This document shows positions 24,430 through 35,582 of a stretch of DNA of 64,000 nt, piece by piece (position 1 is the first letter of the stretch; each line of letters opens with the position of its first letter). The notes below the pieces were generated by a model. The model was not told the origin of the DNA. It did not search any database and saw nothing but the letters and a program-made list of their open reading frames with translations. The translations under genes were made by a program, and so were the position numbers. The DNA comes from Octopus sinensis (taxonomy: Eukaryota): assembly GCF_006345805.1 (NCBI RefSeq), contig NC_042997.1:117924001-117988000 (forward strand). Reading direction: 5' to 3'.

Positions 24430-25105
24430 AGATACAGAAATATTTTATTCTCAAACGCATGACAATGCCAATACAGTAGCATGAACAGGATAAACTACCC
24501 ATTTATTGCAGAACAATTCGTTACTGGGCAGTTTAGCTTAAAGGTAAAGCACTAAGGCGGCGAGCTGGCAGAAACGTTAGCACGCCGGGCGTAATGCTTA
24601 GTGGTATTTCGTCTGCCGTTACGTTGTAAGTTCAAATTCCGCCGAGGTCGACTTTGCCTTAAATCCTTTCGGGGTCGATAAATTAAGTACCAGTTACGCA
24701 CTGGGGTCGATGTAATCGACTTTAATACCTATGTCTGTCCTTGTTTGTTCCCTCTGTGTTTAGCCCCTTGTGGGTAATAAAGAAATAGGTATTTCCTCTG
24801 CCGTTACGTTCTGAGTTCAAATTCCGCCGAGGTTGACTTTGCCTTTCATCCTTTCGGAGTCGATTAAATAAGTACCAGTTACGCACTGGGGTCGATATAA
24901 TCGACTTAATCCGTTTGTCTGTCCTTGTTTGTCCTGTCTGTGTTTAGCGCCTTGTGGGTAGTAAAGAAATAGGTAAAGCATTAACGCGTAATCACATGGA
25001 TGTGAGTTCGAGTCTCATGGCTGCAATATATGGATAGGTTTATCCTGTTCATGCTATTGTATTAACATTATCATGCGTTTGAGAATAAATTATTTCTGAA
25101 TCTTT
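24430..25105. mobile_element. Small inverted-repeat element (arms about 70-80 bp) containing a SINE dimer
   Basis: TTTATTCTCAAACGCATGA...GCATGAACAGGATAAAC (about 24430-24500) pairs with GTTTATCCTGTTCATGC...TCATGCGTTTGAGAATAAA (about 25030-25105). Confidence 0.7.
24553..24970 (+). mobile_element. Dimeric SINE with 10-bp TSD
   Basis: A full unit plus a truncated unit; AGGTAAAGCA lies at 24542-24551 and 24971-24980. Confidence 0.85.
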
Positions 25106-25643
25106 CAATACATCTCAACGCTTCTATTTGATTACTTTCATCGTAAGTTGAATATATAATTAAATATTTTTGTAATTAATATGAATTTTATAAGAAAAAT
25201 GTTAGATGTATAACCAATTTATTGCAAATAAAATTTAGAAAAATCTAAGGTTGAGAAGGGACAGAATATGTCCATCAATACATTGAGAGTGGTGATATAG
25301 GATTTGTTAGAACTAGGATTCAGTCGATGCTCAGGAGTCTTGAACAAGCTACAAAATCTTCCGTGGGCGCTATGTGAACCCCATGAGCAATACAGACCTC
25401 GGTTGAGAACCATTTGTTCAGAGGATTATGCAAAGTGTGATAGCTGGAAGGAGTGAGGATTGTACTAGGATGGTACTCATTCTAGCAGAGCAGACTGGAA
25501 TAACATGAAATGAGATGCCTCACTCAGAAACACAGCGTTTTGACTAGCCGAGAATTGAACCCACGACCTTATGGTCGTCAGCGGAACACTCCCCAAACGG
25601 AAGCCTCGACTAAAATGTTCAATTAAGCAGAAGCTAAAACAAT

Positions 25644-26056
25644 GGATCTTTTCGGCTTGACCGGCAGTTTTTAAAAATAATTTCCACGTAACTAAGCACT
25701 TTAAAACTTCCTATACTGGTAGAATGTGTTTATAAAACATCTTTTTCTCTTGGCTTTATTGAGAAAATTCTATAGTTTGTAAGATATGTTGTTTTTTCTT
25801 CAATTTCTGCAATTTCAACCAATCAATGATGTCTATTGAGGTGAAAACATTCTATGCCGTATGAATATGTCCCTCGTCTAAGAAACAGATTAGGTTTATT
25901 TACATTTGTGAAGAAAAAAAGATACCCTTCCCCCCACCCCTAACCCTGACTCTAAAACAGATTGAAATGCAATAGATCGATTCTAGGGTCATAACTATGA
26001 GTGGCAATATCATATGACACCGCTAGAAAAAACTGCTGTTCAAACCGAAAAGATCC
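25644..26056. mobile_element. GGATC-family MITE, full length, 8-bp TSD
   Basis: TSD AAAACAAT at 25636-25643 and 26057-26064. Confidence 0.92.
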
Positions 26057-26228
26057 AAAACAATATCGAGGAAGTTTTGATATGGTACTTCGTGTGTAGA
26101 TCAAACTCTATCAAAGTTTTTCTTTTCTTATCATCTGTATGGGGCACCAGACATACTGGGTAGATTGAATAAACTATACTCTCCCCAACATTCTAGGGAC
26201 TTATGTATATTATTATAATTATATTAGG

Positions 26229-26280
26229 GAATAGAATAGTCTATAATCTCTTTATGACATCACACTGACGTCACAGACGT
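26229..26280 (+). promoter_or_regulatory. Proximal promoter of basic-protein gene B with tandem CRE-like sites
   Basis: Contains the block shared with gene A, plus TGACATCA (26255-26262) and TGACGTCA (26266-26273). No canonical TATA box is visible. Confidence 0.65.
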
Positions 26281-26383
26281 AGATATTGAACGTCATTCTT
26301 TCAAGCTTTTTCATTCACCGTGTTTCAGATATAACTTCGTGACCAATTTTTCTATACAGCAGATTAAAACCTCAGATAGAAAG

Positions 26384-26923
26384 ATGGTTACCTTAAGCAG
26401 CAGTTCTCGCAGATATCCATACAGAGTATACAAAGGACACAGAAAAGTAAAGAGATGTTCGAAACACTCAAAACCGAGAAGTTCTTCCAAATATTTGTAC
26501 GATAACCGAGGATCACAGAGCAAAAGTAACCGGTATCGCAAGAGTCTGAGCAGAAGTTATTCGAAAAATTCTTATAGGCCTCTTTCCGGGACGAAGAAAA
26601 CTAAAAGAGATTCTAGGAGACATAGATTTCGAGGTAAAGGAACTTCAAATCGAAGGACGAGGCAGAGAGTCAAGAGGCGTAGGCGAACTCGCAATCATAC
26701 AGGCTCTTTGACGAAACAAGCTGAGATGCCTCAAGATTGTTCAGAACAGGAGAATGCTGATACCACGGAATTAAAATCGAATACTCCAGTAAATGATTCT
26801 ACAAACGATGGGGAAACGGTTCGTAGTGTCCAGACGGATGAAAATATGCCAAATGCGTTGGCAATGGACAGTAAAGACCAAGGGGCAAAAACACAAAATG
26901 CGTCTGTCGGTACGATTGAATAA
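26384..26923 (+). CDS. Basic-protein gene B: 179-aa paralog of gene A; putative protamine-like sperm nuclear basic protein
   Basis: The ATG at 26384 aligns with the gene A start; the GTG start at 26339 in the track is unlikely. About 39 R+K in the first 110 aa, including RRTRQRVKRRRRTR, followed by a D/E/T/N-rich tail. AATAAA is at 26942-26947. Confidence 0.72.
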   Translation: MVTLSSSSRRYPYRVYKGHRKVKRCSKHSKPRSSSKYLYDNRGSQSKSNRYRKSLSRSYSKNSYRPLSGTKKTKRDSRRHRFRGKGTSNRRTRQRVKRRRRTRNHTGSLTKQAEMPQDCSEQENADTTELKSNTPVNDSTNDGETVRSVQTDENMPNALAMDSKDQGAKTQNASVGTIE

Positions 26924-26994
26924 TGATTTGAATTTTAAAAAAATAAAGAAATGAAAATATTAATTTTAGTCTTATTCTCAAATATAAATCTTTT

Positions 26995-27413
26995 GGATCT
27001 TTTCGGTTTGAACGGCAGTTTTTTCTAGCGGTTTCATATGAAATTGTCACCCATAATTATGATCCTAGTATCAATCTATTGCATTTCAATCTGTTTTAGA
27101 GTCAGGGTTAGGGGTGGGGGGTAGGGTATCTTTTTTTCTTCTCAAATGTAAATAAACCCAATCTGTTTCTTAAACGAGGGACATATTCATACGGCACTGA
27201 ATGTTTTCACCTCAATAGACGTCGTTGATTGGTTAAAATTGCAGAAATTGAAGAAAAAAAAAACAATAAATATCTTACAAACTATAAAATTTTCTCAATA
27301 AAGCCAAGAGAAAAAGATGTTTTATAAACACATTCTACCAGTATAGGAAGTTTAAAAGTGTTTAGTTACGTGGAAATTATTTTAAAAAACTGCCGGTCAA
27401 ACCGAAAAGATCC
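26995..27413. mobile_element. GGATC-family MITE, full length, opposite orientation to the 25644 copy
   Basis: Both TIRs are present; the flanks TAAATCTTTT and TAAACCTTTT suggest a 10-bp TSD with one mismatch. Confidence 0.9.
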
Positions 27414-27589
27414 TAAACCTTTTTAAAGTCGTATTTCAATTTCTTCGTGTATAAAAAGAATAATTGTGCTTTGTTATAAGATGTTTTAGATAACGAAATC
27501 AATGTGTTAACTTGAATACATCAAACAGATGGCATATATGGCAAAGCATAGATAATTACTGGTGTAACGCCCGTAATTACATGTGTAAT

Positions 27590-28038
27590 ATCATACATAC
27601 ATGCATATATACATACATAAATACATACATACATACATACATACATAAATACATACATACACACACACATACATACATACATACATACAGTACGTACGTA
27701 CGTACGTATGTATGTATGTATGCATGCATGCATGTATTTATGTATGTATGTATGTATGTATGTATGTATTTATGTATGTATGTATGTATTTATGTGTGTA
27801 TGTATGTATGTATGTATGTATGTATGTATGTATGTATGTATGTATGTATTTATGTATGTATGTATGTATGTATGTATGTATGTATGTATGTATGTATTTA
27901 TGTATGTATGTATTTATGTGTGTATGTATGTATTTCTGTATGTATGTATGTGTGTACGTATGTATGTATGTATGTATTTATGTATATATGTATGTATGTA
28001 TGTATATATTTATGTATGTATGTATGTATGTATGTAAG

Positions 28039-28069
<31 letters not shown>

Positions 28070-28427
28070 GTATGTATGTATAATGTATACATGTATGTAT
28101 GTATGTATTTGTGTGTATGTATGTATTTATGTATGTATGTGCGTACGTACGTACGTACGTACGTATGTATGTATGTATGTATGTATGTACGTATCTATGT
28201 ATGTATTTATGTATGCATGTATGTATGTATTTATGTATGTATGTGCGTACGTACGTACGTACGTACGTACGTACGTATGTATGTATGTATGTATGTATGT
28301 ATGTATGTATGATGTTATGTATGTATGTATGTATGATGTATGTATGTACGTATCTATGTATGTATTTATGTATGTATGCATGTATGTATTTATGTATCTA
28401 TGTATGTATGTATTTATGAATATTATG

Positions 28428-28461
<34 letters not shown>

Positions 28462-29027
28462 TGTATGTATGTATGTATGTATGTATGTATGTATGTATGT
28501 ATGTATGTATGTGTGTGTGTGTGTATGTATGTATCTGTGTGTGTGTGTATGTATGTATCTATGTGTGTGTGTATGTATGTATGTATGTGTGTGTGTATCA
28601 TGTATGTATGTATTTATGTATGCATGTATGTATGTATTTATGAATATATGTATGTATGTATGTGTATGTATGTATGTATGTATGTGTGTGTGTATGTATG
28701 TATCTATGTGTGTGTATGTATGTATGTGTGTGTGTATGTATGTATGATGTATATATGTATATATGTATGTATTTATGTATGTATGTATTTATGTATGTAT
28801 TTATGTATGTATTTATGTATGTATGCATGTATGTATGTATGCATGTATGCATGTATGCATGTATGCATGTATGTATTTATGTATGTATGTATGTATGTAT
28901 GTATGTATGTATGTATGTATGATGTATGTATGTATGTATGTGTGTGTGTGTGTATGCATGTATGTATGTATGTATGTATGTATGCATGTATGTATGTATG
29001 TATGTATGTATGCATGTATGTATGTAT
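27590..29027. repeat. About 1.4-kb (ATAC)n/(GTAT)n microsatellite with a strand switch near 27690
   Basis: Direct reading; the junction is (GTAC)n. Confidence 0.95.
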
Positions 29028-29526
29028 TTAAACGCAGCTTAAATCTCGAATTTAAATGTAAACTTTAATGTCAACTAATATATTTTTCAATGTTTGCAGC
29101 GATGTATTGTTGTGTTGGTGTTTGTGCTTCGGCAGGGCAACACGCTACTCCACCATGGGCGTCTTTTCAAGTTAAAATAAACATGAGAATGAGAGCTTAA
29201 CACTGCATTGATGGACAAAATATTTTTTGTATTTGTAAGCTAACAAGGCTAACATTGGTTTCATGCCAAGAGAAATCTTAGCAATTATGAAACCTGTCAC
29301 CAATATATGTATGTGTTTGTGAATAGAATAAACGTGAAATATTGTAAGAATCCTTCAAATGTGATACAAACATGCAATTTGGAACACTTCTTGCAACATT
29401 AAAATCGAAAATGTCGGCCAAAATCCAAAACAGCGCCCAACACTAAAAATTAAAACTTGCGACGTAAAGAAAATATGATTTATCATAATAAACATTATTT
29501 ATTAAGCAATGTTTTATACAAATAGC

Positions 29527-29640
29527 CATAGCAGAACAATGCCAAGCGCTTAAAAAGTGCCAATGCAAAACTGAATGTGTAGGACGTTGCACGTGCAAGA
29601 AGTCAGCCTTTTCTTGTTCTACAATTTATGCTTGTCCAAG
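29527..29640 (+). pseudogene. Cys-rich CXC-like coding remnant, probably from a DNA transposon
   Basis: Translates IAEQCQALKKCQCKTECVGRCTCKKSAFSCST; there is no intact upstream ORF. Confidence 0.4.
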
Positions 29641-30081
29641 TATTTGATTGATAATGGCACCTGTAGAACCTGAAGAATTAATAAAGAGAATAGTAGACAA
29701 ATACATCGAGAGGTAAATATACGGCTATTTGTGTAACATATTGCATAATAAATAACGTTTATTATAATAAAACTTATTTCCTGTTCATCGCAATTATTAA
29801 TTTTTAATGCTGGATGCCGTCTTAGAAATTGCCCGCCATTTTCGATTTTCACATTGGTAATCAAGCAAACTTTAGGCGTGCCAGACTGTTTATTTGTATC
29901 AGCTTTTGAAGGATTTTTCTAATTCATTCTCCATTACATGGCATTTTGGAAGAGTCAAATATATACAGTTAAAGGGGAACAATTCTGAATTGTTATCTCC
30001 CTTGCATCAGTAGCAATTTAGAAATATAAATATGGATACGTATGTATACTTATGCAGAATATGAGTGGGAGCATACATAAC

Positions 30082-30318
30082 CGCGCGCACGCGCACACAC
30101 ACAGAGCACATGCACACACTGGCACACGCACGTCCACACTGGAGCGCGCTCACACACACACATACACATAGACACAACAAATACATAGGCAAGCACGCAC
30201 ATGATGCACACACTTGCACACATAAACTCCCACACCGGCACGCACACACACTCACATTCAAACACACACATACACGTCTTTACATTTGCACTATGCATAT
30301 TATTCGTGTTTGAGTGTG
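30082..30318 (+). repeat. Degenerate (CA)n/(GC)n tract
   Basis: Direct reading. Confidence 0.8.
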
Positions 30319-30464
30319 TGCTCATAATTGTGGACGTTCACATATTTTAAAGTTCTATATTTCATTGACAGAGTTTCGGTATAACTACGGATGTATACCA
30401 CAAACCGACTTTGTTGCCTCATAACTTCCAGAAAAACAGAACTTCAACAAATAACAAAACTTTC

Positions 30465-30881
30465 GGATCTTTTCGGTTTGAACGGCAGTTTTTTAAAATA
30501 ATTTCTACGTAACTTAAGCTCTTTTAAACTTCGTATACTGGTAGAATGTGTTTATAAAACATCTTTTTCTCTTGGCTTTATTGAGAAAATTCTATAGTTT
30601 GTAAGATATTTGTTGTTTATTTCTTCAATTTCTGCAATTTCGACCAATCAATGACGTCTATTGAGGTGAAAACATTCTGTGCCGTATGAATATGTCCCTC
30701 GTCTAAGAAACAGATTGGGTTTATTTACATTTGTGAAGAAAAAAAGATACCCTTCCCCCCACCCCTAACCCTAACCCTAAAACAGATTGAAATGCAATAG
30801 ATCGATACTAGGGTCATAATTATGGGTGACAATTTCATATGACACCGCTAGAAAAAACTGCCGTTCAAACCGAAAAGATCC
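30465..30881. mobile_element. GGATC-family MITE, full length
   Basis: Both TIRs are present, with an internal CCCTAACCCTAACCCTAA. Confidence 0.9.
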
Positions 30882-31176
30882 CAGTACTTGAACAAATAAC
30901 GAAACTTTCAACAAATAATCGCTTAGATCCTGTAAGTTGAATGTGTAAAGATTTGTTGGAAAAAATACCGATTCTAGTAGATTGGCTGGAATACATTCTT
31001 GCTGGAATACATTCTTGCTGGAATTCAGCAGCTCAATGTCCGTATCCACTCTCTTGATGATTGGCCAAAGATTGATGCTCATGTCTGTTCACTGGAATAC
31101 ATTCAACTTCTCAATGCGCTTCATGAGACTCAACAGATCGATGCTCCTGTCCTTTCGCTTGAATATATTATTCAAG

Positions 31177-31412
31177 TAAGGCGGCGAGCTGGCAGAATCG
31201 TTAGCACGCCGGGCGAAATGTGTAGCCGTATTTCGTCTGCCTTTACGTTCAGAGTTCAAATTCCGCCGAGGTCGACTTTGCCTTTCATCCTTTCGGGGTC
31301 GATAAATTAAGTACCAGTTACGCACTGGAGTCGATATAATCGACTTAATCCGTTTGTCTGTCCTTGTTTGTCCCCTCTGTGTTTAACCCCTTGTGTGGGT
31401 AGCAAAGAAATA
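31177..31412 (+). mobile_element. Full-length SINE (GGCGGCGAGCTGG family)
   Basis: TAAGGCGGCGAGCTGGCAGAATCGTTAGCACGCC...GAGTTCAAATTCCGCC...AAAGAAATA. Confidence 0.88.
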
Positions 31413-31695
31413 GATATTCAACAGCTCATTGATAGTCTCAGCTCGCTTGATATTCAATAAACGCTCAGTGCACCTCTCGGATTATTCGATTATATTAACC
31501 AGTCATGATGGACCTGTGGGATGACGTCAGCAGCTGGGGAGCTGACCGGAAGAGGAAGGGGAAGGAGTGACGCGCGCGCAGGGAGGGAGCATGGGTCCTT
31601 TTTCGATCGAGATAGAAGAAAAGGTGACACCGCATTAGTAATTCTACATTTCCCTCCTTTCACGATAAATATTTATAGTATAAGATATAATACTG

Positions 31696-31925
31696 TGGAG
31701 GCGCAGTGGCCCAGTGGTTAGGGAAGCAGACTTACGGTCGTATGATCGCGGTTTCGATTCCTAGATCGGACGTTGCGAGTGTTTATTGAGCGAAAGCACC
31801 TAAAGCTCCACGAGGCTCCGGCAGGGGGTGGTGGTTATCCCTGCTGTTCTCTTTCACCACAACTTTCTCTCACACTTTCTTCTGTAGGCCTGCTCGCTTA
31901 GCCAGCGGGGTGGCGTCATTTGGAG
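31696..31925 (+). mobile_element. tRNA-derived SINE, second family
   Basis: GGCGCAGTGGCCCAGTGGTTAGG (A box) and GGTTTCGATTCC (B box), with the same core as 3061-3345. Confidence 0.78.
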
Positions 31926-31969
31926 GCTAAAACATCTGATAGCCTGGTCGGTCACCGTGATATAATACT

Positions 31970-32340
31970 ATACACACGCACATGAAAAGTTCCTGAATTT
32001 AAGGGTAACGCGAAAAGGTAGAGCTGTTACCTTTACAGGAGAAGGACAACTGTTAAGAAGGTATGCAAAAAAATTATGATGGTATACTATATATATTTTC
32101 CACAGTGGATTTTGGTAAAACTGAAGCACATCGGGTTATGAAGTTCTTCCTTTTGTAAAGCAAAGTAGCTGCGGAAAACCATGGCGAGATAAAGGAAATT
32201 TTGAAAGCTGACTGCCCATCTTACTCCACAGTAAAAACCTGGGTGCCAATGTTTCGGACTGGTAATTTCGAGGCCACAGATGAATCCAGGTCAGGACGAT
32301 CCACTTCCTCGACTACGGAGGACAAAGCCGGGCTTGTCGC
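31970..32340 (+). pseudogene. Mariner/Tc1 remnant encoding the transposase N-terminal HTH
   Basis: From 32105 it translates VDFGKTEAHRVMKFFLL*SKVAAENHGEIKEILKADCPSYSTVKTWVPMFRTGNFEATDESRSGRST. A TIR-like CATGAAAAGTTCCTG is near 31980. Confidence 0.75.
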
Positions 32341-32346
32341 CTCTAC

Positions 32347-33895
32347 GGCAATCTTTCGTCTCTAGTAGACCTTTCCGTCGATTTCCGTAAAAAAATTTTT
32401 CTTTTTACATATGGGCTTGCGGGAACTTTTGAAGTAATGAGAGCGAAAGAGACTAAGAGAAAGCGATTGTATGACGAGGGAAGTTCTTTTGAAGTTACCG
32501 TGCATGGGAGCATTGATGTACATGTGTGTGTGTGTTTGATGGGGTGTGGGAGACAGACAGTATGTTGTGTAAGTGAAGTGCTTCTATTAGTGTGTGTGAA
32601 GAGACAGAGAGAGAGTAATGTGTGAAAGAGAGAGATAACTGAAATTTTTTACTCGGTGTATGTGTATATGTATGTATGCATGTATGTGTGTGTGTGTGTA
32701 TGTATGTATGTAGTATGTATGTATGTATGTATGTATGTGTGTGTGTGTGTGTGTATGTATGTATGGCCGATTCAGTGTTTACATTATTTCGAGTTAAAAC
32801 GAAAGATTACCTTTGCCTGTTTATGTAACGGTCTGCTATGTAGAAAATAATGAGGTTGACTCAATGGAATAATGACAGTGATCGAAGATATAGACAAAAT
32901 TTTTTTTATTTAATCGTTATACATGCCTTGTCGACAGTCTAATCGGTACAGTGATTTGTGTTGTTTTGGGACGAAGGGACAGTTCCGAAATGCCAAATTC
33001 CTCTTCACCCCACGACACACGAACTCATCCAAACTTAAGAATCAACATGGCTTTGCTAAGTCAATTGATGTGTTTTCCGTTTGACTTAAAACTTTTGCTA
33101 CATATCGCTGGTCACAATGCGCTTCCTCACATTGTTGTAGCTTCTGAGTGATGCCACCCTGAGGCTAGACGGGTAGGGTTGCCCATTTAAAACTGTGTCG
33201 ATCGTAGTAACGTGAAACGAAGCCTTTTGCTCAAAGCCTTTTCCTTTGCATGCAACTCTTTTCTCATGAGAAGAATATCTCCTCCTCATTTTATAACTCT
33301 CCCGTCTTTTTCTTACCATTTCACCATCGTCACATCAACAGAGACATTAAGGCTGCACAGTAGCAGTCGACAAGGCATGTATAACGATTAAATAAAAATT
33401 TTTTTGTCTATATCTTCGATCACTGTCATTATTCCATTGAGTCAACCTCATTATTTTCTACATAGCAGACCGTTACATAAACAGGCAAAGGTAATCTTTC
33501 GTTTAAACCCCATACACACACACATACATAGATACATACACACACACACACACATACATGCATACATACATATACACAAACACCGAGTAAAAAATTTCAG
33601 TTATCTCTCTCTTTCACACATTACTCTCTCTCTGTCTCTTCACACACACTAACAGAAGCACTTCATTTACACAACATACTGTCTGTCTCCCACACCCCAT
33701 CAAACACACACACACACACATGTACATCAATGCTCCCATGCACGGTAACTTCAAAAGAACTTCCCTCGTCATACAATCGCTTTCTCTTAGTCTCTTTCGC
33801 TCTCATTACTTCAAAAGTTCCCGCAAGCCCATATGTAAAAAAAATTCTTTTTTACGGAAATCGACGGTAAGGTCTACTAGAGACGAAAGATCGCC
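32347..33895. mobile_element. Large foldback element with 530-590-bp inverted arms
   Basis: Arms 32347-32935 and 33366-33895 are reverse complements. Termini are GGC(A/G)ATCTTTCGTCTCTAGTAGAC, and the unique spacer is about 430 bp. Confidence 0.88.
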
Positions 33896-34023
33896 CTGTC
33901 TACCAAATCCACTCACAAGGCTTTGGGCGGCCCGAGGCTATATTACTTGCCCAAGGTGCTACGTCGTGTGACTGAACCCAGAACTATGTGGTTGGGAAGC
34001 AAGCTACTTACCACACAGCCACT
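33896..34023 (-). mobile_element. OK-type SINE, 5' half
   Basis: The reverse complement begins GTGGCTGTGTGGTAAGTAGCTTGCTTCCCAACCACATAGTTCTGGGTTCAGTC. Confidence 0.8.
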
Positions 34024-34325
34024 CAAATCGGGTGTGTTATTTGGTTTTACTTCTCTTAGTGTCTGAATATCAATTGTCTTGGCATGTTTTATGCCATCAT
34101 CCATTAGTGATAGTGAATAATATCTGTGGATGAACAAGGTTTGAAGTTTGCGAAGGCATAAGACATGGGTATTTTCATCGGAGACAAATGTGGAAAGCCA
34201 TTTTGTTAAATTAAAAGGAATCTTTTAGTATTTTTTCCAGTGACATGAGCTAAAGAATGAGTTTGTGGGTTTATAATAATAAATGGGAGTTTCAGTTTGG
34301 TTAATGACTTTTTTTAAAAAGATAT
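34024..34325 (-). pseudogene. Duplicated Penelope-like RT fragment
   Basis: Direct-repeat copy of 36338-36650; translates IPFNLTKWLSTFVSDENTHVLCLRKLQTLFIHRYYSLSLMDDGIKHAK. Confidence 0.7.
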
Positions 34326-34499
34326 TTGGCTATCATTCGGTACTAGTTACATAGCTGTCACTTATAAACCCACGTGGGTTTATTTACATTTCTGAAGAAA
34401 AAGAAACCCTCCCTCCCACCCTTAACCCTAACCCTAACCCCACATATATAAAAAAAAATTACGGAAAGTGACGATATTCTTCTTCAAATGTAAACAAAC

Positions 34500-34800
34500 A
34501 CACGTGATGTGAACGGTACTCATATCGAAAGATAATAGATGTGTGGTAGTTTCCTCAGGAAGCTACCCCAACAGAATTGTCCACCCGTACCCAGAGACAT
34601 TCCTGAGTACAGCCATGACAATTCAGCAGAACATCTCGCTGAACAAGTTTACCAGCCAGAGACCCAGTTCACTGCGCACAGGATGTCCCACCTGCCAACT
34701 CGGGAAGTCCTAAGCCAGTAGTGTACACCAGGAGCGGTCGGAGAATTCGACCACCAAAGAAACTGTCGTTATGAACTCATAAAAGTGAAACTGGAGATGT
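34500..34800 (+). pseudogene. Gypsy-like integrase C-terminal remnant with a possible polypurine tract
   Basis: Ends PKPVVYTRSGRRIRPPKKLSL* (stop at 34772-34774), followed by the purine-rich AAAAGTGAAACTGGAGA and then TGTGG. Confidence 0.5.
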
Positions 34801-35582
34801 GGTGTTATCTCCCTTCCATTGGTCACCTACCATAACTGGAACTCTCTAGTTTGAAAAGAACACATTTGAGTCCCTAATGGTAGAAGGCCACACGCGGACG
34901 TATGGACATAATCTCACACTGCTTTGTCTTTCTGTTTGTTAACCAATATCGTCAAGCTTCATTATATAACGGTTTGTGGGGTGAGGGGACCTCCGGACAG
35001 GGTTCTCGCCATTGCAAACATTGGTCAGCCTCGCCATCACCCGCGGCAACGCTGCAAGCTTGGTGACGTGTCTTGATAGCCATCATTCTTTACATTAAAA
35101 AGACCTGGTAAATTACTTTTTTTCTTTTAGTTTTGGGTGAAGTTAACCCTAAACAGATTGGTTATATATATATTCTTTTTCTCTCCTTGTTTTTTCTGTT
35201 TCCCTTTCTGTAGAAGAGCGTAGACTCGAAACGTAAAGAACTTTTTCTATTCCTGAGCGTTATACTAATACATCTGTTTGTTTTGTACACCACCTGTCTT
35301 CGTCTTTTGTTTTTTTCATAAACTCTCCCTATATACATATATATATATATATATATATAAATTAATAATAAATATTAAGGAATAAATCCAAACTTACAGG
35401 GAAAAATCAGATTTAGGATTGAATCCAATTTTATAGTAAAATATTATATTATATTAAATTAGAGAAAAAACCACTATTAGGCAAATCATACAATGAAAAT
35501 CTTAAGCCAATACATAAGATTATTTAATTTATATTATTTGAATATTTAACAAAATTATAAAAAAAAAATATAATTAATATAA

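Noticed and set aside
26339-26383. GTG start extending gene B to 194 aa
   Set aside because: This segment aligns with the untranslated leader of gene A; the ATG at 26384 is the homologous start.
31696-31775. Possible tRNA genes here and at other A/B-box sites
   Set aside because: There is no complete cloverleaf, and each continues into a SINE core and tail.
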